Shown: positions 1 through 13,660, counted from the stretch's first letter. The stretch is DNA of 64,000 bases from Octopus vulgaris (GCA_951406725.2 OX597821.1:106764001-106828000); one strand, 5' to 3'. Made by a program: numbers and translations. Notes: a model not told the origin generated them from the sequence alone.

Positions 1-811
1 TTATATATTTTCATTGATAATTTATATATTATTCAAATATTATATATTTAATAATATGAATAGTCAATTTTTGTAAAATATTTATGTAATTAGATATTGA
101 CTATAACTGATATTAGATTATTTGTGGGTTTCTTACCTTAAATACTTAAAAAGTACATAAAAATTCAAAATTAATATTTAACATTATAATCGATTGTATG
201 ACATAATCATAATCGTTAAGTTTCTAGTTTGATAATAGAGTTTTTTATAAGAAAAAATATTATTTTATTTTTTCTTAAAAAATATTGTTTAAATATTTCT
301 GATTATTCATTTAAATATTATAATTAACCTGAAGATTGACTATAACCTTAATTCGACTTATTAATTGAATTTAAATTATTGTTATTGGAATTGGTTAATG
401 GACATGAAACGTTCGTAGTGGTTTTACTCTTTATCTTATTTTAAACTTTTAATACTTTTTGATAGTTATATTTTTTTTTTAATAATAACAATAATGATAA
501 TAATAATATATATATACATATATATTTAAAAATTTACAAGTATAAATTATTAATTTGAATATTTTTTAAAATTTTAACTTTAATTTAAATATTTTAAATT
601 TTGAATTTTATATATTTTTATTAATTAATTTTATTTCTATGTATTGGTTCATGATTTTCACTGTTTGATTTGCCTAATAGTGGTTTTATCTCTAATTTAA
701 TATAATATATATATATATTTATACTATAAAATTAGATTTAATCCTAAATCTTATTTTTCCCTGTAAGTTTGGAATTACTCCCTAATATTATTTATATATA
801 TATATATATAT

Positions 812-1059
812 TATATTAAATTAGAGTTAAAACCACTACTTGGCAAATCATACAATGAAAAACTTAAGCCAATACATAAGATTATTTAATTTATATTATT
901 TAAATATATAACAAAATTATTAAAAAAGATAATTAATATTATCTTTTTTAATAATTTTGTTATATATTTAAATAATATAAATTAAATAATCTTATGTAGT
1001 GGCTTAAGTTTTTCATTATATGATTTGCCTAATAGTGGTTTTATCTCTAATTTAATATA
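812..1059. repeat. Near-perfect palindrome, ~122 bp arms
   Basis: Symmetric about 935/936 without indels; right arm also directly repeats ~636-790. Confidence 0.9.
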
Positions 1060-1160
1060 CTATAATATTTTACTATAAAATTGGATTCAATCCTAAATCA
1101 GATTTTTCCCCGTAAGTTTGGATTTATTCCCTAATATTTTATTATTAATTAATTTATATA

Positions 1161-1245
<85 letters not shown>

Positions 1246-1319
1246 AAGAATATATTTAAATAAAAGAAAAATTTTATGAAAACTTAATGTAAGATGACCG
1301 CATATTAAACATTCTTTAC

Positions 1320-1388
1320 CTTCGAAACGGCTTCCTGCTTTATGCCCTGGAATTGCATGAAATTAATACTTTCCGTAATGCTGTGTAC
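1320..1388 (-). CDS. GRL gene A, exon 2 (69 nt, VHSITESINFMQFQGIKQEAVSK); exons 3-4 expected before window start
   Basis: Minus strand: tttctctttcatatgaag acceptor, 23 codons, gtaaag donor; same length, phase and similar peptide as exons at 40894-40962 and 60836-60904. Confidence 0.85.
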
Positions 1389-1447
1389 CTTCATATGAAA
1401 GAGAAAATAATAATAATAATGAGAAGAAGAAGAAGAAGAAGAAGAAG

Positions 1448-1478
<31 letters not shown>

Positions 1479-1574
1479 TCAACAACAAAAACAACAACAA
1501 CAACAACAACAACAATTACAATAACAATAACAACAACAACAATGACAATAATAATCATGATAATAATAATTTTT

Positions 1575-1910
1575 AAAAAGCAGCGTGCTAGGAGAAAAAT
1601 GTACGCTCAGTTTGTAAGAGATGTGAACGCCCAGACAGATACAGAGGACCGGTGGTCAATGAAGAGAGTAATATCAATACCACTAGCAATTGGTACAATT
1701 AGAAGTATCAGCACGCAACTACCAAAGTGATTGGTACAAGTGTGAAGGTGGAACACCTACAAAAATCAGCATTGCTTGGAACTGTAAGAATTCTTCACAC
1801 GATTTTTGAAACATGAACAGTAACTAAATGCAACCTTAATCTGATGGCTGTGGATAGCTGACATTTTACATCATACCCAACAGAATATGCTATGAGTTTT
1901 CATCACATAA
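1575..1910 (+). mobile_element. Degenerate 3' fragment of RLE LINE
   Basis: VISIPLAIGTI-like C-terminal remnant followed by (TAA)n. Confidence 0.55.
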
Positions 1911-1922
1911 CAACAACGACAC

Positions 1923-1988
<66 letters not shown>

Positions 1989-2199
1989 TAATAATAATAA
2001 GAACAATAATAATAATAATAATTTCGAATTATTCGTTTACATCGACCACAGTGTTCAACTTGTATTTATTTTATCAACCCCAGAAGGGATGAAAGGCAAA
2101 GTCAACCTGCGCGGAATATGGACATAGAACGGTGCAACGTGCGAAATAGCGCAATAATAATAATAATAATAATATCGTAGAAGAAGCAAATTTATTATG

Positions 2200-3365
2200 G
2201 AAAATAATCTCAGCGGCCAAAACAAGATAATGATAATAAACCCATGGGATATTTCCTTAATTCATTATATTGTTAAGTGGTCAAAATGAGCACGAGAAAA
2301 TGGACAGGAAAGCTAGAATGGTGATGGCAATTGACAAAAGACTACAGCCCAAAAGCGATACTGATAGGCTGGGTGGAAGGTGCCTCATAGTATGCCATAT
2401 CTGTGTAGTCAACGAACAGTCTGGAATGGTACAGCAAACAGTATAGTGACTCTTTGCTCGCCGATGTTAGAATTAGCAATACAAGATCTACCAAAAATGT
2501 GACGCACTCACAAACATTTAAAAGCAACATGAAGAAGAATGAATAAACATGCATGGTCAATACCTCAGAGAAATCGAAATAAAAGACAAGACTTGGTGGT
2601 GACTACGAGAAAGTGATCGGCATTGATATGTAAGGTCCAGGAACAAGCTCTGAGAACTAATTACACCAAGTTCCAAATGCATAACAATCACCCCTTTGAC
2701 AACAAAAACGAAACAATCTCACATATAGTGAGTGAATGTAGCAAGCCGGACAGGAAGCACTGCAAAATAAGCGCGATAGCGTGGAAAATTTAGTTCATTG
2801 GAAACTACGTGAAAAGGGCAGCCTGAGCAGAGCACGGAAATTATGCGAACACGAATCAAAAGGAGTCACTGAGAAGAATAAATATAAGATACTGCGGCAT
2901 TTTACAATTAAATATGACTCAATATCGATGGTAGGAGACCAGACATTGTTGAGGTAGATAAGGAAAGAAAGGAAACCATGATAATAGATACTGAAGATGC
3001 ACGCGTAAGTGACAAAGACCTAGAAAATATTGCTAAGTACAGACTGCTAAAAGACGAAATTGCCGGAATGTCGGCTATGAGGAGAGCGTCTGTCACCCCA
3101 GTTGTTGTAGGCGCACTCGGAACAGTAACAACCAGGTTCGAAAAATGTTAGACAAATCTGAATTGGCATGAAAGCAGAGTAAGCCCAAATGTCTGCTCTG
3201 TTGAGAATAGATAGGATTTTGCGATTGATATTTGAGTGTTGAATGTCTTCCACAATTATCAAAGCTTATAATGTGCAGAAAGAGATCAGGTAAGACATTT
3301 GACAGTAATCTGCTCTCGGGTCTAAGAGGATCAACCAGAGCAAACTGATCGCTCTGAAAAGTAAG
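2200..3365 (+). mobile_element. Degenerate RLE LINE 3' half
   Basis: Remnants ETISHIVSECS, RRPDIV, VTPVVVGALG; ends in (AAT)n. Confidence 0.7.
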
Positions 3366-3404
3366 ACTATAACAACAACAGCAATAATAATAATGATAAT
3401 AAGG

Positions 3405-3446
<42 letters not shown>

Positions 3447-3449
<3 letters not shown>

Positions 3450-4002
3450 GCCCTGATGCAGTACCAGGCAGTGGCTCTCATAGCTTCTGATCTTAACTGA
3501 TTGGAAGTGTTATCATGTACATTGTTTTGTCTTGGTATAAAAGATGGGCTACAGCAAATATTCTGCTCAATACCACAGATTTGCTTGTCAGTTGTTTGAC
3601 CTTAACTAGTTGAGCATGTCCCTTAGTGGCTAACGATATGTGCATCTCTGATCACGAGCAGAAGTAGTGGGGGAGCATCATAGCCATGTGTTGAGAAGGA
3701 ATCTTTGGGGTTTGAATAATTCACCTCTGGAAACATTGGTGTTTCGTTCAACGTCCTTAACAACCCTTATTCAAGGACCTTTTGAGCGGGATGGGCTACT
3801 CGATCTGAAGAAAATTCTAACTGGGCTCCACCTGCAAGGTCATGTGCTGTTTATCTTGATATGAGATCACCATGTCGCGCACATATGGTTGTGATGCATG
3901 TGCCTGGTGTACCCTTATCAGACGGGTAGTCATGATGGGTATACTGGGCTTCGTATATTTTACCCCAGTGTCACTTTGATGGCATGCTCTGCTCGCTCAC
4001 TC
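3447..4002 (+). mobile_element. ~550 bp non-autonomous repeat embedded in (AAT)n
   Basis: Further copies at 24328-24800 (reverse) and 61341-61880. Confidence 0.8.
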
Positions 4003-4057
<55 letters not shown>

Positions 4058-4089
4058 TTAATAATAATAATAATAATAATGATGATGAT

Positions 4090-4148
<59 letters not shown>

Positions 4149-4380
4149 GTGCAAAAGATTGTCTTAACTGGTACATCACACGTATTGAGAAGAGCATTGT
4201 CGATGTGAGAACTGTTGCTGCTCATGCATTTTAATTTAACTTAAAAAAAAAAAAAAAAAATGAACGAACTACTGAGTTTGATTTAATGGCCTACCAATAT
4301 ACACTATGAGTTTCTTTGCCCTAGGAGTCGGGAAGACATTCGGGAAGAAATGGAAGAAAATTTGAAAGAAGAAAAAAAAA

Positions 4381-4382
<2 letters not shown>
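4149..4382 (+). mobile_element. 5'-truncated copy of the Dong-like element (last codons + 3' UTR)
   Basis: Nearly identical to 8368-8617; flanked by (TAA)n. Confidence 0.9.
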
Positions 4383-4412
<30 letters not shown>

Positions 4413-4413
4413 C

Positions 4414-4848
<435 letters not shown>

Positions 4849-7800
4849 AATCAGTATACCAAATCGCTTGCCCTATGGTTAATCTGGAAGCGCGTCCCCC
4901 AGGGAAGAGCCAGCCTGGGATCGAAAAGTCATCAACTGGCACAAACTCTTCTCCGAATACGGACATGGATGGTCACATTCCCCAACTCGAGCCCTCTAAG
5001 TTCACCACCACAACCACCACAGAAAGAAAAATGTAAGCGGAACAAATGGACCCGAGAAGAGTATAAAGAAGTAATATACGCTTATTACTATGCATTATGT
5101 AGGCCATCTCAAGAGAGACACACCGCAAACTCTTACAGTATATGGAGAACACGGAATCAAGACAGTAGGCCCTATTTGGACGAGAACAAATTAGCAAATG
5201 TGAGGAGGGATATCCTTAGAAATAACAGACTCACAGACAGTGAAATAAGCGCGATCAAGCACGCAACGGAAAATGACATAAATATAAGACACAAAGGAAA
5301 TGAAGAATCAGATGAATAGTATAGCCCGCCACGAGGCTTAATTGAAAGACTGCCATCTGACCAAAGTACGCAAAGGCCTGAAGATACAAGAAATTCTATT
5401 GTACCTGTTAAAGATAGCCAGGAAAACGAAAAAACAACAGTAACTGAAGATCTCGCATTTGCTGAAGAACACAGAGAGTCTATGGCAGAAATGAGGCAGA
5501 AAATCCTGAATACGCTTGAAGTTGTAAGACATACAAGTATGAATGATAGAGAACCACTTCATAAACTCTCAAATACAAACCAAAATAAAAAACAAATCCA
5601 AATTGGCAACTATGTAACAAATGAAATAATACGAGAATTAAAACCTGATTTTACTGAGTTAAATGAAATTATTTACGCTTCTGCTAGGGCAATTGAAACC
5701 AGCTGTATGCCCCCGAAAAAACAAAGAAAATAAAACCTGGGAAGAAATCAAACCTGGAGAAGTAAAATTGAGAAAGAGATTGAATTTATGAGAGGGGAAA
5801 TATCAATATTAAATGAACTAATATGTGGAAATGATGTAAGATCCAGAACAGGAAGAAAGATGAAGAGAAAATTTGGATCCTCACCAAGAGAAGAACTGAT
5901 ATCAATAAAAGAAACGCTGAAACAAAAAGTCCAAGCTGTTCACATCCAATGCCAGAGAAATAGGGAAGGAGAAAGTAACCGTTAAAGACCCCTCTCCCAT
6001 GGAAGAAGTTCAAAACTTTTGGAAAAGGATTTGGAGTGACAAGAAGACGTACAACATAAATGCAGACTGGATTATACAAACTGAAGGATCCTACCAAAAT
6101 TTACAACAACAAGCATGGGAAGACATCACAATAGCAGACCTAAGAAAGGCACTCACGAAGGCCCATAATTGGAAATCCCCCGGTAAAATAGGGTGCCGAA
6201 TTTCTGGCTCGCATCGCTCCCATGCGCACACGGTAAGCTAGTTCAGCTGCTTAATGGAATTATGAGAGACCCAAAGAAAACACCTGAATGGTTAGCAAGT
6301 GGCATTACTTACCTACTCCCAAAGAATAACGAAACCAACCTTCCAAAAAACTATCGGCCTATAACCTGTCTATCCACCACGTATAAAATCCTAACATCTA
6401 TCCTGGCGGAGAAAACATATGCATTCATGGAGAAGAACGATATTTTCCCCATTGAACAAAAAGGGTGCCGCCGAGGCTCTTACGGATGCAAAGATCAACT
6501 GCTAATCAATCGTATGATCCTTGAGAACTGTCACAACAAGCGCAGAAATCTCAACACCGCATTGATTGACTACAAAAAGGCCTTCGACAGTATACCGCAT
6601 CCATGGATCTTGAGATCGCTGGACATCTTCAAAATTTCCTCTGTGATTTCAAACTTCCTGAAGCACAATATGTCGTTGTGGAATACGAATCTCCAATTAT
6701 ACCACTCTAATGGAGTACTTGCCTCAGAAAATATAAACATTAACTGTGGAATTTTTCAAGGTGACTCACTTTCACCTTTAATATTCTGCATAGCACTAAT
6801 ACCCCTGACAAGTGAATTAAACAGAACAGGGTATGGGTATAAAATTGCCAATAAAAAAATAAGCCATCTATTTTATATGGATGACTTAAAACTTTATGGT
6901 AAAGACAATAATGAACTTGAAGGCCTATTGCGCACCGTGAAAGCATTCAGCGATGACATCGGGATGGAGTTTGGACTTGAGAAGTGTGCCAAGGCCACTT
7001 TCCAGAAAGGGAAAGTGATGACCACAAATTCAGTCGTGTTAGATGTTGACACAGTCATAAGAGAGCTTGAGCAAGAACAAACATACAAATATTTAGGGAT
7101 AAATGAAAGCTCTGGTATCCAGCATGCAAGCATGAAAGAGAAAATCAGGAAGGAATGTTATAGGAGAGTTCGTGCAGTCCTGAAATCTGAACTAAATGCA
7201 CGTAACAAGGTGTTAGCTATAAATTCCTTAGCAGTTCCAGTTGTTACTTATAGCTACAATGTGTTGAACTGGAATATGAGTGAAGTAAAGAATATAGATA
7301 GAAAAATACGCAAGCTGCTGAGTTGTAATAGGATGCACCACCCAAAGGCAGACGTAGATCGTCTTTACCTTCCCAGAGTTCAAGGAGGTCGAGGCCTGAT
7401 CCAATTTGAACTAGCTTACAAAACGACCACAATTGGACTGGCCAAATATCTCGAAATATCGAATGACTGGATGCTAAAGCTCGTGGAAAATCACGAGAGA
7501 CGAAAGAAGCTTCATTCTATTATAAAGGAAAGCAAAAAGTTTGCTATTGATCTCGTGCAGGATACCCAAACTGAACAACCCGAGGGAAGTACGGCAACTA
7601 TTGTTGCAAAGAAGGTGAAAATGATGGCAATGAAGAAAGCGCACGAGCAATTGGCTGATAGGTGGGAGGAGAAACCTCTGCACGGCAAATATGTGACCCG
7701 CAGCAAACAAGCTGATGTTGACCAGAAGCAAACCCATCAGTGGCTACGGAGCTCAGGGCTAAAAGCAGAGAGCGAAGGTTTCATCCTGGCTGCTCAAGAT

Positions 7801-8616
7801 CAAAGCCTATTAACCCGGAACTACCAGGCCAATGTGATGAAAAATGGAGCAGACCCAAAATGCCGATTCTGCAATGACATGATTGAAACAGTGGACCACC
7901 TAATCTCTGGATGTAAAGTCTTAGCACCAGTGGAGTATAAATTAAGACATAACAGAGTTAGCCAATATCTCCACTGGCTAATAAGTCGGCATTACAATAT
8001 CAAAACTGCCGACAAGTGGTATAATCACCACCCTGAGGCTGTAACTGAAGGAGAAAATGTAACCATTCTGTGGGACTTTCCAGTACATACAGACCGAACC
8101 ATCAAGGCCAATAAACCAGATATTGTTGTGAAAGACCAAAACAATAAAGTTTGCTTATTGATCGACATGAGCATCCCCTGTGATCATAATATCTCAGCGA
8201 AAGAGTTTGACAAGCTCAGAAAATATAAAGACCTACTCATTGAAATTGAGAAAATGTGGCATCTCAAGGCGGTTACAAAACCAGTGATCGTAGGAGCACT
8301 AGGAATGATCAAGAAGGGAACCGAAAATTATATGAGAATGATCCCTGGCTTACCATCCCTGCAAGAAGTGCAAAAGATTGTCTTAACTGGTACATCACAC
8401 GTATTGAGAAGAGCATTGTCGATGTGAGAACTGTTGCTGCTCATGTATTTTAAGTTAACTTTAAAAAAAATAAAAAATAAAAAGATAAAAATAAATGAAC
8501 GAACTACTGAGTTTGGTTTAATGGCCTACCAATGTATGCTATGAGTTGCTTTGCCCTAGGAGTCGGGAAGACACTCGGCAAGAAATGGAAGCAAATTTGA
8601 AAGAAGGAAAATAAAA

Positions 8617-8617
<1 letters not shown>
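4849..8617 (+). mobile_element. Near full-length Dong/R4-like non-LTR retrotransposon (RT + RLE), 5' part disrupted
   Basis: N-terminal KRNKWTREE, RT and CCHC/PD endonuclease motifs, 3' UTR running into (TAA)n, 5' end after (AAT)n(AAG)n; stops and frameshifts in 4875-6200. Confidence 0.88.
6193..8427 (+). CDS. Reverse transcriptase + restriction-like endonuclease (open 3' part of LINE ORF)
   Basis: YRPITCL, DYKKAFDS, GIFQGDSLSP, YMDD, CRFC...HLISGC, RHN, KPDIV, LIDMSIP. Confidence 0.93.
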   Translation: MPNFWLASLPCAHGKLVQLLNGIMRDPKKTPEWLASGITYLLPKNNETNLPKNYRPITCLSTTYKILTSILAEKTYAFMEKNDIFPIEQKGCRRGSYGCKDQLLINRMILENCHNKRRNLNTALIDYKKAFDSIPHPWILRSLDIFKISSVISNFLKHNMSLWNTNLQLYHSNGVLASENININCGIFQGDSLSPLIFCIALIPLTSELNRTGYGYKIANKKISHLFYMDDLKLYGKDNNELEGLLRTVKAFSDDIGMEFGLEKCAKATFQKGKVMTTNSVVLDVDTVIRELEQEQTYKYLGINESSGIQHASMKEKIRKECYRRVRAVLKSELNARNKVLAINSLAVPVVTYSYNVLNWNMSEVKNIDRKIRKLLSCNRMHHPKADVDRLYLPRVQGGRGLIQFELAYKTTTIGLAKYLEISNDWMLKLVENHERRKKLHSIIKESKKFAIDLVQDTQTEQPEGSTATIVAKKVKMMAMKKAHEQLADRWEEKPLHGKYVTRSKQADVDQKQTHQWLRSSGLKAESEGFILAAQDQSLLTRNYQANVMKNGADPKCRFCNDMIETVDHLISGCKVLAPVEYKLRHNRVSQYLHWLISRHYNIKTADKWYNHHPEAVTEGENVTILWDFPVHTDRTIKANKPDIVVKDQNNKVCLLIDMSIPCDHNISAKEFDKLRKYKDLLIEIEKMWHLKAVTKPVIVGALGMIKKGTENYMRMIPGLPSLQEVQKIVLTGTSHVLRRALSM

Positions 8618-8686
<69 letters not shown>

Positions 8687-8819
8687 TAATAATGATAATG
8701 ATGATCTTTTCACTATTAACCAGTAAAGGATCATATAAAAAGATTGGGGACGGTACAGGACAATGCAGTAGAATTTAAAAGTGTAAATAAAAAGTAATGA
8801 AAATTCTAACAAGTAAAGT

Positions 8820-10400
8820 ATCTAAAAGACGGAGATTTCCAAGAGCTGCTTGTAGAAACCCTACAAGCCACGATCACGCTTCCCGCTCCGGCAAGTGTCC
8901 GCTCATCTTCATCTGTCTGAAGCTAGTGGTGCATGCTTAGAGTAAGCCCCGTTGAATCGGGCCATTCGCGCTACATCTTAAGGAAATAGCTGGGAAGCAG
9001 CATTACGCTCCCTACCCTTAATTTCTTTTCCAAGATGATAGGAGGCTTGACCAAAGAGGAAATTCTGTATCTTCAGGCTTTTATACCTGTTTCACCACTC
9101 GTCCTCTTTCGCTATGGCCACAATACAAAGAAACAGCACCTAACTTTCCCGGCCAAAGGAAAGCAGTGTAACTATTTTCACTGCACGATGGACACAACAG
9201 ATAGTCGGATCCGCCCCATCCGCGATGGCAAGTATTCGACGTAAGATTACCGGTCAGCAACACTCGGGCACTGGATGAGGGCGTGTAAGACTGTTGCCGT
9301 TCTGTGCGCATTTCTGGCAAGCCCGGTTGGTGGTAAAGTTTACCTGGAGCCGCGATTGCTAAAGCTAGAACTGGCAAACCAATATTTCTGGAAATGATTA
9401 GGAGGCCACTGCCAATAAGTTTTCCAGAACAGACCACCCTGCTCATTCTCATCGATATCCAGTGTGTCCTCGAGAGCAACGTCGCACTTACCCGCCACTA
9501 ATCTTCTATAGAACGCTTGAGTCAAAATTCCACATTGCTCAACTGTCAGATGATTGTGAGCACCTAGATACTAAATGTCCTGCCTCGGTTTACGCTTGAT
9601 GAAGGACTGCAGCACGGATAATGAGACGAACTATAGAAAATCCCCTGTCAAGTGAGACCACGCTTGCTTATCGTGAAGGAAGCACTGGAGATATCGTAAC
9701 CTCAGTGTATATCTGTGCATTAGCAGCTACGGAATGCCCATCCATCCATACATTAGGTGTTGACAGCAAATGGGGCACCTGGGAATTTAAACTCATCCCT
9801 TCCAGAGAAAGGGGAAGAGTACGCGCACCAGTTTGGTCAGACGTAAATTGGGACAATGCACGATGGTTGCGGGTCATATATAACGGAGGTGATGTAAGCA
9901 TTCTCTACCTTTGTACGACCTTTCAGAGAGAGCTTTCTCTCAGTCGATTTCTGTGTGAGATTGATCCTTTTACCCTTCACTTCACCCCACTTCTTCTCAA
10001 TCTGGAGCTCCAGACCAAACCAAAGCCCTTGGAATTTAACCAGTTCCTCCGACCAGCGTCCCACAACGTTACTGGTCGGCGTGGACTTACCTCTCCGAAT
10101 TCCGATCTGCAGTCTCACTGACTTTTCTTGGTTAACATCGGAGTGGCAAGGCACATCATTAGCAGTATTTATTACGTTTGTTTCCATCCTTGGCCCAAAT
10201 TCTGCTTTTCCTCTCACCTGATAAATCATTTACCAGTCCCTTCCCCACAATCAGCTACATTTTGTCGTGTAGATTGGCTTTGGTAACCCCTTCAGCATTC
10301 CAATTAGTTAGAAATAGCGAAGTACTGATTGAGAAGATATCAATTTCCTCCAAAGAAATCATTCATATGTTAACGGACACTATCAAGGACTGGTTAAAAT
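8820..10400 (-). mobile_element. Degenerate Tx1/L1-clade LINE, post-RT region
   Basis: WFGLELQIEKKWGEV...RKLSLKGRTKVENAYITSVIY resembles the L1/Tx1 LSL.GR motif; GC-richer than flanks; many frameshifts. Confidence 0.6.
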
Positions 10401-10589
10401 CGAAAAACAATTCAACAAGCAAAACAGAAATACTAACATAATGTTTAGTACATAGTGACACTAACGGACATTTTGGTAAGAGTGTTTAATCGATTCGAAG
10501 GACATCAGTATGCAACTGGTACTTTATTTAATCGATTCCGGTAAAGATGAAAGTCAAAAATGACTCAGCGGGATTTAGACTTAGTGAGT

Positions 10590-10802
10590 ATACAATTCTA
10601 TATTTAAGAAATTAGAAATTATGTACATTAGTTAAATTTGACGGATATTTGTCCTCATCTTGTTTGTTGTTAACACAACGTTTCGGCAGATATACCCTCC
10701 GGCCTTCATCAGGTGTCTTGGGGAAATTTCAAACCTGGTTTCTCATTCCTAAGGTATTTTTCGATGTTGTTATTATTATTATCATCATCATCATCAACGT
10801 CA

Positions 10803-10850
<48 letters not shown>

Positions 10851-10906
10851 GAACTCGGAATCTTGGGGTTAGTAGCCCGCGCTCTTACCCACTACGCCAT
10901 ATGCCC
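10590..10906 (-). mobile_element. tRNA-headed repeat with internal (AAT)n and hammerhead ribozyme
   Basis: GGGCATATGGCGTAGTGG (A box)...GAGTTCGAAT (B box), (AAT)n, then CTGATGA...GAAAC. Confidence 0.7.
10672..10717 (-). ncRNA. Minimal type I hammerhead ribozyme
   Basis: gacac CTGATGA aggccggagggtatatctgcc GAAA cgtt gtgtt: stem I gacac/gtgtt, stem II ggc(c)gga/tctgcc, palindromic AACGTT in place of stem III. Confidence 0.7.
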
Positions 10907-11049
10907 GTGTTCAATTATGGAGTGAATTTTAGGGCTTATAAATCTAATATTTTCCTATCCTTCCTTAATACCGGTTCCCATATGCTATTCATATCTGCAT
11001 TTATATATAACTGGTATCAATCGAACCTGCCAACTTGCAGTCGATTATG

Positions 11050-11430
11050 ATGCTATTGCATCAATCCGACGTTGACTCGAAGAATAAATCCGATACTGAG
11101 AAATGACGAAAATTATTACGACTCTCTTCAATATAGTGAAATGCAGAATATACTTGTGATTGATCCTGGAATGACATGTACCACAAAGCGGTAGTAATCT
11201 CCGAACGGAGTGCCTTTGTATAGCGCCAAACATTAGAATTAAAACCAGGTACCGTAATGGCTTTGCGTTCGGAATCCCACAGATTGTCAATATTTTATCT
11301 GAAATTTATGAGTGACGCAAGTAGTGTGAATCTAGATGTTAACATAAAGTAAACAGATCGTGTACTATTTAGAATTCCATACGATATAAAGTTGTGGTAT
11401 CAACTTCGTATTTCCTCATCCGCCAAATGT
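11050..11430 (+). mobile_element. Old LINE relic (APE endonuclease end, probably RTE-like)
   Basis: RKLLRLSS and TECLCIAPNIRIKTRY align with FLRLCS and TDHHCIEANIRSKARY near 63450-63610. Confidence 0.45.
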
Positions 11431-11574
11431 CAACTACAAACGCAGAATCAGTGAAAGCTTAGCCACACCAATGTCTATGATGTAACATGGTCACAACATA
11501 CGGTCTTGTGCAACAAAAACATAAAATATGTAATGAAGTTTGGATTATTCAGAAATATCGCAAAACAAACTCAC

Positions 11575-12528
11575 CGATCTATTTAAGCGAATTCCACACC
11601 AAAATATTAAAACTGTAAAGAAAAAATGGTTAGATACCGCCGCTGATAAATATAGAAACGGATAAAAGCTTAATTTTAACGAGTAATTTATTATTACGTA
11701 AGTTGCAATGCAGCTGCCACAAATGGAAGCAGTTACGACAAATCCTGATGATAGTTGTAAAGATTCATTTATAATTTTCAGTATCCTGGTCAGAACATCA
11801 TGAGCGTTACATATTTCTGTAATATCTTTATGCTTCTCGGTGAATTCCGAATGGTCGTATCGCTTTTCCGTTACGTATAGCTCAAATTTGCTCGCTAATT
11901 TGTTGAACTCACAACTAAGTGTAAATGCGGCTACCAGGTCTACGTACAGATCAATTATCATAAAGACAAGTAGAAAATAATGAAATGCAGCATGTATTGC
12001 TACAAGCGGTACTTTAGATATATTATTCGCAGATAGAGGAAATGTTAGGAACCTCATGAAATCGTTATCTAAATACGGCCAAATGCAATCTAAAAATATA
12101 ATACAAATGGATATCATGCATATAAGTGCCCAAAATATCACAGATGAATATATGAAGTTAATGCTGCAGCATTTTCTACCCTCATCTTCAAGTTTGATTT
12201 CGGCCATTGTTTCAATCAGTTGTTTGAGTTTTGAATTTCCGAAGAGCTTCAAAAAAGTAAAAACAGGAATAATAATTCTGTAAACCAGCATCAAAATATA
12301 CGTAAATATACGAAAGTTTTTACCGATTTCATATTGAGCTAAAGCAACCATGATACGGATGGGGTTTAAAATCGCATATATAAATAACAAAACATAAAAT
12401 GCTTGTAAACAAACTGTTTTAAACTTTGGTGATTTCAATGATGAAATATTCATACACGATTTGCTAAAATCATCATATTTCTGATAAAATTCTAGCAGTT
12501 TAAAGAACTGAGTTTCTTTTAGTTTCAT
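11575..12528 (-). CDS. GRL gene A, exon 1 (318 codons, about six TM segments) of a gustatory-receptor-like 7TM ion-channel chemoreceptor
   Basis: Hydrophobic ORF MKLKETQF...; GR-like segments EFNKL, ICNAHDVLTRILKIINESL, GIRLNRS; phase-0 donor TCG|GTGAGT at 11574; paralogous to 26486-27436. Confidence 0.85.
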
Positions 12529-12602
12529 GATTCTTCGAACTTTGTCTCCTTCACAGTGGGCTTATGCAAAAATCTTTTAAGCAATTGAAGTAAGCGATGT
12601 AA

Positions 12603-12610
12603 TTTTATAT
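12603..12610 (-). promoter_or_regulatory. Putative TATA box of GRL exon 1A
   Basis: ATATAAAA 76 nt upstream of ATG; same offset in B and C. Confidence 0.5.
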
Positions 12611-13508
12611 TTCTTTGCGAGTTGAATTGTCAATCTATCTATCTAATAATACTTGGGCAGTGTATTATAATTTAAACAACGGAACTACCATGCATCCCTT
12701 TACTAATAAATGTTATACGCACTTTCATAACATCAACTTCAAATATTGCATTATGGTGTAACTTTGATTAATATCCAAGGCAGTCTATGAATTCCACATA
12801 AGAAAAAAACCTAATGTAATGGCATCCATGCATTGTCCTTGTTAGGGTATTCGAAATAATACTTTACTTTTGTTTAATTATGCGTGTTTCCTCGCTTTTT
12901 ATCTGAATAAAACATATAATCTTTGCGCTCACTTAAACGCTTTGTTGTCACTGTATGTAGTGAGTACTGGTGCATTTCCTGCAACGTAGTTATGTCGTAG
13001 TATAGAAAGGAAGATGACACTGTAACACCGTTAGTAGCGGAGGTTAACTTAACTTCCATTGATTGATTCAGTTACAGTATTTCCGCCTCCTCCCCGTCCA
13101 CCTCCTCATCTACCTTCCTAACCTCTCCCACTCCGACGTTACTCTGTTATCTTTCTTTCTGTCTATAATGTATGTATATTAAGCCAATTTTCTTTACATA
13201 CACGATAAATAGAAATGCACATTATATGACAATCGATTTATGCATCTGTAAAAACAAACAGATAACTATTTCAAACAAAACATGGTGTTTTAAAACACTC
13301 GCATCAATGCTCGATTGATATCTTAATATATAACGATATTTTACGGTACTAAACTATAATTTAGTATTAATATACTGCTATTGATATTTTAATTATCATC
13401 CCTTAAGAAACTGATATTCGCCAAACAATACATATCGCCCAGGTTTCATAACTGATTGCAGGTATATGTATATATATATATATATCAATGTGTGTCTCTG
13501 TGTGTGTA

Positions 13509-13660
13509 CGAGGGGCGCTGAAAAGATTCTGGTTTGAAGGGAAACACGAAAGGCCTAGCTAGAGGTCCAACATTCAGAATTATTGCACAGGGAGTTAGAA
13601 AACCTGAAGGACCGCTGCAATAAGTGTGTGAATCTTAGACGGGGATATGTTGACTGAAAT
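13509..13660 (+). mobile_element. mariner-derived remnant
   Basis: TA+CGAGGGG TIR start; [21 protein letters not shown] resembles mariner transposase C-terminus. Confidence 0.65.

Noticed and set aside
11045-11290. Minus-strand ORF as a GRL downstream exon
   Set aside because: Phase-0 reading after the nearby tttcag stops after three codons; region is a plus-strand LINE relic; the true exon 2 is at 1320-1388
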